Shown piece by piece: positions 56,906 to 64,000 of a stretch of DNA of 64,000 nucleotides. The notes below the pieces were generated by a model that was given only the letters and a program-made list of their open reading frames with translations, searched no databases and was not told the DNA's origin. Both the position numbers and the translations under genes were made by a program. This DNA is from a virus, in IMG/VR virus record IMGVR_UViG_3300002835_000025. One strand, given 5' to 3'. The stretch's first letter is position 1; each line of letters starts with the position of its first letter.

Positions 56906-58447
56906 ATGTCTATAGAAGATAAAATTGCAGATTTATTAAGAGAATCTGAAGCATTGCAAGTTGCTGAAGCATGCAAAACCAAAATGAAAGAACAAGATTG
57001 TGAAGATGAAGACGATTTAGATGAAGATTATATTCTTGATTTAGATGAAGCATTTGCTGTACATAGACATGGAGGTTCTATAGGAAGTGGTGGTCCAACT
57101 CATTATAGCACTCATGAAACTAAAGAAGAAGCTAAAGAAGAAGCTAAACGATTAAACAAAGGGTTGTCTCCTGGAGACAAGAAATATTATGGCATTAAAT
57201 ATAAAGTATCTCAGGTCAAAGGTGTTAAAGAAGGATATGAAGTTTTAGAACTTGATGAAGAACAACTTGACGAATTGTCTAAGAAAACTTTGGGTTCTTA
57301 TGCTAAAAAAGCAAGTGGTAATATTGCAAATCATGCTTTACATGCAAATATTGCTATTAATAAAAATGATATTGCTAATACAGAATATCATTCTAGAAAA
57401 TTAATGAAAAGAAAAGCTGGTGTTGGTAAAGCAATTGATAAATTGACTAAAGAAGATTTTGAAGATTTTTCAGTTGAAGAATTAGAAGACTTTATGATGT
57501 CAGAAGATTATGAACAACTTGACGAATTGTCAAAAAAGACTTTAGGTTCTTATGTCAAGAAAGCATCTGATAAAATGAGAAATGCAGAATATTACAGTGG
57601 TTTGAATGATTCATCAAGTGCGGGTCATGGAACTTCTGAAAAAGATAAACAAAGATTTAGAGATACTGCTTCTAAACGTAGCAAAGGAATTAAAACCGCA
57701 GTCGACAAATTGACTAAAGAAGATATCGATGCCGATGTTGATGCTTTAATGAATGGCGAAAACCTTACAGAAGAATTCAGAGAAAAAGCTACTGCAATCT
57801 TTGAAGCTGCTGTAATGTCAAGAGTGACTCAAGAAGTTGAATCATTAGAAGAAGAATTCCAAGACCGCCTCGTAGAATACTATGAAGGTGCTAAAGAAGA
57901 AATTGTTGAAAAAGTTGATGGATACCTCAACTATGTTGTTGAGCAGTGGATGAATGATAATGAACTTGCCGTTACAACCGGCATTAAAAATGACATTCTT
58001 GAAGGATTTGTTAGTGGAATGAAAAATTTATTCCAAGAACATTATATTGAAGTTCCAGATGAAAAACTTGATCTTGTTGCTGAATTACAAGAATCAGTAG
58101 CTACTTTGGAATCTAAACTTGATGAATCTTTGGAATCGAATGTTACGATGTCTAAGTACATCAATTATGTAGAAAGAAATACAATCACAGAAGAATTCTG
58201 CAAATCAATGACTGATACTGAAGTAGAGAAATTCAAATCTCTTGCTGAAGAATTGAGCTTTGAAGATTCAGACACATATTCTTCTAAATTGCAAATCATC
58301 AAAGAAAATTACTTTGGTAAAAAACCCACTGCTGGTAATGTCCGTTCAATCGTAACTGATTCGCCAGTACAACTTACTGAAAGTGTACAAAACATTGATC
58401 CAAATGTAGCTCAATATTTAGAAACTTTTAACAGAATTAAACTTTAA
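56906..58447 (+). CDS. gp22: prohead core scaffold with ~220 aa of inserted modules
   Basis: C-terminal DVDALM.GE.LTEEFREKATAIFEAAV...VDGYLNYVVEQWM..NELA...LFQEHYIEVP. Confidence 0.9.
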   Translation: MSIEDKIADLLRESEALQVAEACKTKMKEQDCEDEDDLDEDYILDLDEAFAVHRHGGSIGSGGPTHYSTHETKEEAKEEAKRLNKGLSPGDKKYYGIKYKVSQVKGVKEGYEVLELDEEQLDELSKKTLGSYAKKASGNIANHALHANIAINKNDIANTEYHSRKLMKRKAGVGKAIDKLTKEDFEDFSVEELEDFMMSEDYEQLDELSKKTLGSYVKKASDKMRNAEYYSGLNDSSSAGHGTSEKDKQRFRDTASKRSKGIKTAVDKLTKEDIDADVDALMNGENLTEEFREKATAIFEAAVMSRVTQEVESLEEEFQDRLVEYYEGAKEEIVEKVDGYLNYVVEQWMNDNELAVTTGIKNDILEGFVSGMKNLFQEHYIEVPDEKLDLVAELQESVATLESKLDESLESNVTMSKYINYVERNTITEEFCKSMTDTEVEKFKSLAEELSFEDSDTYSSKLQIIKENYFGKKPTAGNVRSIVTDSPVQLTESVQNIDPNVAQYLETFNRIKL

Positions 58448-58465
58448 AATAAGGAAATTACAAAA

Positions 58466-59809
58466 ATGCAAACTCGTCCTGAATTAGTAAAAAAATGGGC
58501 TCCTATCTTAGAGCACGAATCTTTAAGTCCTATCAAAGACAACTACCGTAAAGAAGTTACTGCGGTATTATTAGAAAACCAAGAAAAAGCAATGCGTGAA
58601 GAAGGTTCAATGAGCATGGGCTTATATGAAACACACAATAACGCTGGTGGTTCATCTATCGCTTTAGGTTCTGCTGGTTGGGCTGCTGGTGCAACTACTG
58701 CTGCCGTTCAAGGTTATGATCCAGTATTAATCTCATTAGTACGTCGTGCAATGCCACAAATGATCGCTTATGATATCTGTGGTGTTCAACCAATGACTCA
58801 ACCTACCGGTTTGATTTTTGCTATGAAATCACGTTACACATCACAAAATGGTGCTGAAGCGTTGGTTAACGAAGCAAATACTCAATTCTCTGGTGCAACT
58901 ACATTGTTTGACGGTACTGGTACTCCTGCTTCTGGTACACAATCAGCATTAACAGATATCTTTAACGCTACTACAGGTTATGGTATGACTACTGCTGATG
59001 GCGAAGCAACTACTTTCGCTGAAATGGCATTCTCAATCGAAAAAACATCTGTAACTGCTCAAACTCGTGCGTTGAAAGCAGAATACACAGATGAATTAGC
59101 ACAAGATCTTAAATCAGTTCATGGTTTAGATGCCGCTGCTGAATTGAGCAACATCTTAACTCAAGAAATTCTTGCTGAAATCAACCGTGAAGTTGTTCGT
59201 CGCGTTTATATCTCTGCAAAAGTTGGTGCTCAAACTGGTACTGCTGTTGCTGGTTCATTCGATCTTGATATCGATTCAAATGGTCGTTGGTCAGTTGAAA
59301 AATTCAAAGGTTTATTGTTCCAAATTGAACGTGAAGCAAATGCTGTTGGCCAATTAACACGTCGTGGTAAAGCTAACTTCATCATCACTTCTGCTGACGT
59401 AGCATCTGCACTTGCTATGGCTGGTGTACTTGATTATGCTCCTGCATTATCTACTTCATTGAATGTTGATGATACTTCAACAACTTTTGCTGGTATCTTA
59501 AACGGTCGTTATAAAGTTTATGTTGATCCATATGCTGCAAACAGTTCAGCTACACAATTCTTTGTTGCTGGTTATAAAGGTAGTTCAGCATTCGATGCTG
59601 GTTTATTCTACTGCCCATATGTACCATTGCAATTAGTTCGTGCAACTGATCCTAATACATTCCAACCAAAAATTGGCTTCAAAACTCGTTATGGTATTGC
59701 TAGCAATCCATTCGCTGTAGCTGATTATACAGGTCCACAAGATCCAAATGGTTTGTATGCTAATGCAAACTCATATTATCGCAAAGTGGCCGTTGCTAAC
59801 TTGATGTAG
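58466..59809 (+). CDS. gp23: major capsid protein
   Basis: KWAPIL...LLENQE...DPVLISLVRRAMP...GVQPMTQPTGLIFA...RALKAEY...FYCPYVPL...FQPKIGFKTRYG. Confidence 0.97.
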   Translation: MQTRPELVKKWAPILEHESLSPIKDNYRKEVTAVLLENQEKAMREEGSMSMGLYETHNNAGGSSIALGSAGWAAGATTAAVQGYDPVLISLVRRAMPQMIAYDICGVQPMTQPTGLIFAMKSRYTSQNGAEALVNEANTQFSGATTLFDGTGTPASGTQSALTDIFNATTGYGMTTADGEATTFAEMAFSIEKTSVTAQTRALKAEYTDELAQDLKSVHGLDAAAELSNILTQEILAEINREVVRRVYISAKVGAQTGTAVAGSFDLDIDSNGRWSVEKFKGLLFQIEREANAVGQLTRRGKANFIITSADVASALAMAGVLDYAPALSTSLNVDDTSTTFAGILNGRYKVYVDPYAANSSATQFFVAGYKGSSAFDAGLFYCPYVPLQLVRATDPNTFQPKIGFKTRYGIASNPFAVADYTGPQDPNGLYANANSYYRKVAVANLM

Positions 59810-59834
59810 GATTGAAATAAATCTGCATTAACTG

Positions 59835-59859
59835 AAAGGAGTCTTCGGACTCCTTTTTT
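59835..59859 (+). terminator. rho-independent terminator with a UUCG tetraloop
   Basis: AAAGGAGTC-TTCG-GACTCCTTT followed by a T run, just after gp23. Confidence 0.92.
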
Positions 59860-59898
59860 ATTGTCTAATAAATAGTTCAAACATCGTAAGGAACTATT

Positions 59899-60423
59899 AT
59901 GGCAATCTCTCTTATACCAGAAAATCTAAATCCATTATCTCCTAATGGATTCCAATTTGTTATTCAGAAAATACCTGAAATGGTTTACTTTACTCAAGAA
60001 GTACCATTGCCAGGCATATCACTTCCTAGAATGGATATGGATACTCCATTCACTCAGATAAAACTTCCTAGTACTAAAATGGAATTCGAACCATTGACTA
60101 TTAATTTCCTAGTTGATGAGAATATGGCAAACTATCTTGCTATCTTTAACTGGATTGCTGGATTAGGTCATCCTCAAGAATATGAACAGTACACTTCATT
60201 TCAAAATAGAAATCCAAAGTTTGTTATGTCTGATTCAGCAAGAAACTTTTCAGACGGCACACTTGAGATTTTAGGTTCAAATAACACGGTGGTCCAAACA
60301 GTAAGATTTGTTGATTTGATTCCTACTAATCTGTCAGGATTAACTTTTGCTACTACTAACACAGACGTCACATATATAACTGCATCAGCTACATTTGAAT
60401 ACACATACTTTATTTTTGAGTAA
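59899..60423 (+). CDS. gp3: tail tube terminator / tail completion protein
   Basis: NPLSPNGFQF...YFTQEVPLPGI...FEPLTINFLVDENMANYLAIFNWI...SDGTLEIL; AATAAATA upstream at 59867. Confidence 0.88.
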   Translation: MAISLIPENLNPLSPNGFQFVIQKIPEMVYFTQEVPLPGISLPRMDMDTPFTQIKLPSTKMEFEPLTINFLVDENMANYLAIFNWIAGLGHPQEYEQYTSFQNRNPKFVMSDSARNFSDGTLEILGSNNTVVQTVRFVDLIPTNLSGLTFATTNTDVTYITASATFEYTYFIFE

Positions 60424-60438
60424 ATTATTGGAGATATT

Positions 60439-60876
60439 ATGACACTTGATGAAATCCAAGCAAATTGGGAAATTGACTGTGAAATCAATAACGACCACCT
60501 AGATACGGAATCTGTAAAAACTGCAAAACTTCACGCCAAATATATTAGACTACTAATTGACGCCAAACTTAGATTAAGTAAAATTAAAAATGATTTTGTT
60601 GTATTAAAGAAAACTAAATTTCGTTATTATCGTGGTGAATTATCTCGTCAAGAATTAATAGATTTAGGATGGGAACAATGGCAATATGCAAAACCATTAA
60701 AAAATGAAATGGAACAATTGCTAGAAGGTGATACTGAAATTGCTAATATGAAATTAAAAATAGAATATATTGATACTATGATTTATCTTTTAGAATCGAT
60801 TCTAAAATCAATTTCTGATAGAACATGGTCAATTAAAAATTCTATTGGTTTCAAACAATTTCTAGCTGGTGCATAA
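60439..60876 (+). CDS. uvsY: recombination mediator
   Basis: WEIDCEI...LDTES.KTAKLHAKY...YYRGEL...RTWSIKNSI.F..FLAG. Confidence 0.88.
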   Translation: MTLDEIQANWEIDCEINNDHLDTESVKTAKLHAKYIRLLIDAKLRLSKIKNDFVVLKKTKFRYYRGELSRQELIDLGWEQWQYAKPLKNEMEQLLEGDTEIANMKLKIEYIDTMIYLLESILKSISDRTWSIKNSIGFKQFLAGA

Positions 60877-62360
60877 TGACAATTATTAAAGTCGAAAAAT
60901 ACAATGAAGCCTTTATTAGAATATTCTCTGACAGAGGAGTTGAACAGGAACTTTCAGAGTTTTTTAAATTTGCTGTTCCTGGAGCAAAGTACATGCCTAA
61001 ATTTAAAGCCAAAATATGGGATGGATATTGCAGACTTTATAATACTCAAACAAAAACCCTATATGCTGGACTAATAAATTATGTAAAAGAATTTGCAGAA
61101 AGAAATGATTATGAATTACAAATTGATGACGGAATTACTTACGACAATGGAATAAAGCTAAATCATGTAGAAGACTTTGCTAAATTATTGAAACTTCATT
61201 CAAAGAATAAGCCAATAGAATTACGCGATTATCAATTCAATGCAATACATAAGGCATTGAATGAATGCAGAACATTATTGATAAGTCCTACTTCAAGTGG
61301 AAAATCAGCAATCATTTACACTCTAATAAGATGGTTCACTGCAAAGAATTTAAAGTGTCTAATAATCGTTCCTAATACGTCATTAGTAGAACAATTATAC
61401 TCAGATTTTGAGGATTATTCTTCTCATAATGGTTGGTCAATTGAGAACAACTGTCAAAAATTATATTCAGGGCTGTCTAAGGATTTCAAAAAAAACGTAC
61501 TATTAACAACATGGCAATCAACATTTAAATTGTCCAAAGAATGGTGTAATCAATTTGACGTAGTAATTTCAGATGAAGCACATTTAGCAAAGGCTACAAG
61601 TCAAACTTCAATGTTTGAAAAAATGACAGATGTAAAGTATAGAATTGGAACTACTGGTACAATAGACAATACACAAATTTCACAACTTCAATTAGAAGGA
61701 ATACTTGGTCCAGTTCACCGAGTAATTACTACTAAAGAATTAATGGATTCAAACCGAGTAGTCAATCTTTCTATAAAATGTTTGTTGTTAAAATACCCTG
61801 AAGAAATTAGAAAGATTATGTGCTCTGCTAAATACCAAGCAGAAATGGACTATATTATTTCAAATGAAAAACGTAATAAATTCATAGTTAATTTAGCATT
61901 ACAACAGTCAGGAAATACTCTAATACTTTTCCAATTTGTTGAGAAACATGGAAAAGTATTACAAAAAATGATTAATGAAAAAATAGACAACAATAGAAAA
62001 GTTTATTATATAAGTGGTGAAACTGCTACAGAAGAAAGAGAACTAATAAGACATACTGCTGAAAAAGAATCTAATGCTATTATTCTTGCAAGTTTTGGAA
62101 CAATGTCTACTGGTGTAAATATGCCATCAATAGAAAATATTATCTTCTCTAGTCCTTCAAAATCAAAAATTAGAAATTTACAATCCATTGGTAGAGGACT
62201 AAGATTAAAAGAAGGAAAGAATAGTTGTAATCTGTATGACATTGCTGATAACTTTTCTTATAAATCAAAATCTAATCATACTTTAGGTCATTTAGCAGAA
62301 AGAATTAAGACTTATACAAATGAAGAATTTGATATGAAAATTATTAATATTAATCTTTAA
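60876..62360 (+). CDS. uvsW: SF2 DNA helicase
   Basis: LRDYQ, SPTSSGKS, DEAH, GTTGT, STGVN, LQSIGRGLR. Confidence 0.95.
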   Translation: MTIIKVEKYNEAFIRIFSDRGVEQELSEFFKFAVPGAKYMPKFKAKIWDGYCRLYNTQTKTLYAGLINYVKEFAERNDYELQIDDGITYDNGIKLNHVEDFAKLLKLHSKNKPIELRDYQFNAIHKALNECRTLLISPTSSGKSAIIYTLIRWFTAKNLKCLIIVPNTSLVEQLYSDFEDYSSHNGWSIENNCQKLYSGLSKDFKKNVLLTTWQSTFKLSKEWCNQFDVVISDEAHLAKATSQTSMFEKMTDVKYRIGTTGTIDNTQISQLQLEGILGPVHRVITTKELMDSNRVVNLSIKCLLLKYPEEIRKIMCSAKYQAEMDYIISNEKRNKFIVNLALQQSGNTLILFQFVEKHGKVLQKMINEKIDNNRKVYYISGETATEERELIRHTAEKESNAIILASFGTMSTGVNMPSIENIIFSSPSKSKIRNLQSIGRGLRLKEGKNSCNLYDIADNFSYKSKSNHTLGHLAERIKTYTNEEFDMKIININL

Positions 62361-62387
62361 TTAGTATTGATAAAACCAGTTAATAGA

Positions 62388-62417
62388 ATTATACATCATT
62401 TCCGGTCAAAAGTAAAC
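62388..62417 (-). promoter_or_regulatory. early/sigma70-type promoter GTTTACT-N17-TATAAT facing antisense into uvsW
   Basis: Minus strand reads GTTTACT TTTGACCGGAAATGATG TATAAT, with an extended TG. Confidence 0.6.
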
Positions 62418-62642
62418 ATTATGAAATAATTATTTTTAATGAAAATGGTAACTTTAATATAAGTTAATGATATGTAATGGATTTATTCAGAACGGGTCAA
62501 CCAGACACACTTTTTTAAAAATAAGACATATATTCCATCATCTTCAAGAAAATCATGAAAAACTAGTCCCTAAGTCAATGATTCTATTACTAGTAATTTC
62601 ATGAAAAACACACGGTTCTGACTATCTTACGAAAATCATAAT

Positions 62643-62672
62643 GTTTACAAATGTGTGTTTGTATTATATAAT
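62643..62672 (+). promoter_or_regulatory. early/sigma70-type promoter GTTTACA-N17-TATAAT for gp55-gp47
   Basis: TTTACA at 62644-62649, 17-nt spacer, TATAAT at 62667-62672. Confidence 0.75.
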
Positions 62673-62702
62673 AAAGAATACAAAACTAATTGGAGTTATA
62701 TC

Positions 62703-63245
62703 ATGGCAGATTATATAGACAACAAAGCCTTCTATGAAGCTATTGTAGAAAGAAAACAACTATTAAAATTATCAGAGGAACGGGGTCTTCCTAAACCGGT
62801 CATTACTGAATACCTTGGTGAATGCATCTTACTAATCGCCTCAAAATTAGCAGCAAAAGGCAATTTTAATGGTTATTCATTCAAAGACGAAATGATTTCT
62901 GATGCTATTGAAAACTGTATACTATACTTTGATAAATTCGATCACGAAAAATATTCTAATCCATTTGCATACTTTACTCAAATAGTCTATTTTGCTTATC
63001 TTAGAAGAATTGCAAAAGAAAAACATCAATTTCTTCTTAAACACAAAATTATACAATCTGTTGGAAATAAAGTCTTAGATCTGCAGGGGCATGATGACGA
63101 CATAGAATTTGTGAATTCTTACAGAGAATTCTTACAACAATTTTCTAATGTTGAACAACCAGAAGTATTAAAAAAAGATAAAGTATTAAAAGAGAAATTA
63201 TTAAGCACTTCTACTCTTGATTCATTATACGGAGAATTAGTATGA
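62703..63245 (+). CDS. gp55: late transcription sigma factor (start re-called at ATG 62703)
   Basis: YIDNKAFYEAI...EYLGECILLIA..L...NFNGYSFKDEMISDAIENC..YFDKFD...NPFAYFTQI.YFAYLRRI.KEK. Confidence 0.93.
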   Translation: MADYIDNKAFYEAIVERKQLLKLSEERGLPKPVITEYLGECILLIASKLAAKGNFNGYSFKDEMISDAIENCILYFDKFDHEKYSNPFAYFTQIVYFAYLRRIAKEKHQFLLKHKIIQSVGNKVLDLQGHDDDIEFVNSYREFLQQFSNVEQPEVLKKDKVLKEKLLSTSTLDSLYGELV

Positions 63246-64000
63246 AGATTGCTATTCTTGGTGATACTCATTTTGGTGTACGGAATGGAAGTCCTGCTTT
63301 CCATGAATTATTCGAATCATTCTATTCTGAATTGTTTATTCCATACTTAAAAGAAAATAACATCACCCAAGTATTCCAATTGGGTGACCTATTTGACCAA
63401 CGTAAAAAAATCGATTTCAATTCTCTGTCTGAATGCAAAAGATATTTCTTTCAACCTCTAGAAGAAGCCGGAATAGAACTATCTACACTGTTAGGCAATC
63501 ACGACTTGTACTTTCGTGAATCACTTAAAATCAGTTCAACTGGTCTGATTCTTGGTGAATTTTCTAACATCAATGTCTATGATGATATTGAAACTGTTAT
63601 TTTAGGTGACGGAACCACTATTGATATTATTCCCTGGATATGTAAAGAAAACGAAGAAAAATTTATAAATTATGTAAAGAAAAGTAAATCAGATCTATGT
63701 TTTGGGCATTTCGAAATACAAAACTTCGCAATGTATAAAAATATGGAATCTCAACACGGAATCCCTTCTTCTCTATTTGAAAGATATGAAGGAGTTTATT
63801 CTGGTCATTATCACACAAAATCATCAAGAGACAATATTCATTATGTTGGCACTCCTTATGAAATGACTTGGTCTGACTATAATGATCCTAAAGGTTTCCA
63901 TGTATTTGATACAGTAACTAGGAAATTAGAATTTATAGAAAGCCAATTTACAATTTTCCATAGACATGAATATAATGATGAAATAAATGATTATTCTAAA
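63242..64000 (+). CDS. gp47: recombination endonuclease subunit (Mre11/SbcD-like), truncated by the window end
   Basis: Manual translation: MKIAILGDTHFG...QLGDLFD...LLGNHD...FGHFE...YSGHYH...YVGTPYEMTWSDYNDPKGFH. Confidence 0.92.
   Translation, partial: MKIAILGDTHFGVRNGSPAFHELFESFYSELFIPYLKENNITQVFQLGDLFDQRKKIDFNSLSECKRYFFQPLEEAGIELSTLLGNHDLYFRESLKISSTGLILGEFSNINVYDDIETVILGDGTTIDIIPWICKENEEKFINYVKKSKSDLCFGHFEIQNFAMYKNMESQHGIPSSLFERYEGVYSGHYHTKSSRDNIHYVGTPYEMTWSDYNDPKGFHVFDTVTRKLEFIESQFTIFHRHEYNDEINDYSK

Noticed and set aside
49597-62360. Introns or inteins in gp17, gp20, gp23 or uvsW
   Set aside because: All are uninterrupted and of normal length, with no intein or homing endonuclease motifs seen.
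1-64000. tRNA or rRNA genes
   Set aside because: No cloverleaf or T-loop (GTTCGAATC-type) context in the intergenic gaps; the window is almost fully protein-coding.

Overview
This window is the late (virion morphogenesis) region of an AT-rich T4-like myovirus, read in the standard genetic code. A short minus-strand block (gp51, gp26, gp16, gp54, gp2, gp4) diverges from a long plus-strand block. That block runs through baseplate genes (gp48, 53, 27-like, split gp5, PAAR, 25, 6, 7-like, 8), a split DUF4815/VrlC-like protein, a mosaic fibre/adhesin cluster and a 3207-aa repeat protein. It continues through neck, terminase, tail and head genes (gp13-15, 17-23), then gp3, uvsY, uvsW, gp55 and a partial gp47. 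TATAAATA late promoters and GTTTAC-N17-TATAAT early-type promoters are visible. The main leads are: (1) two parallel cassettes, each pairing a long periodic repeat protein with a ~150-aa beta-rich subunit. These may be ruler-templated filaments, with regularly spaced Y(F/Y)xSDWxxxDY motifs that could dock fibres. (2) A 458-bp ORF-free element between gp15 and gp17, where gp16 normally sits, with its own nested early+late promoter, a chain of hairpins and three identical-loop hairpins (candidate ncRNA, origin or pac element). (3) A likely programmed -1 frameshift fusing gp26 to gp51. Other observations include an HTH-fused gp2, a split gp5 carrying two peptidoglycan hydrolases, cargo-like modules inside scaffold gp22, and a holin/RCC1 deletion scar. 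All family assignments come from recognising motifs and gene order by eye; no database searches were run.
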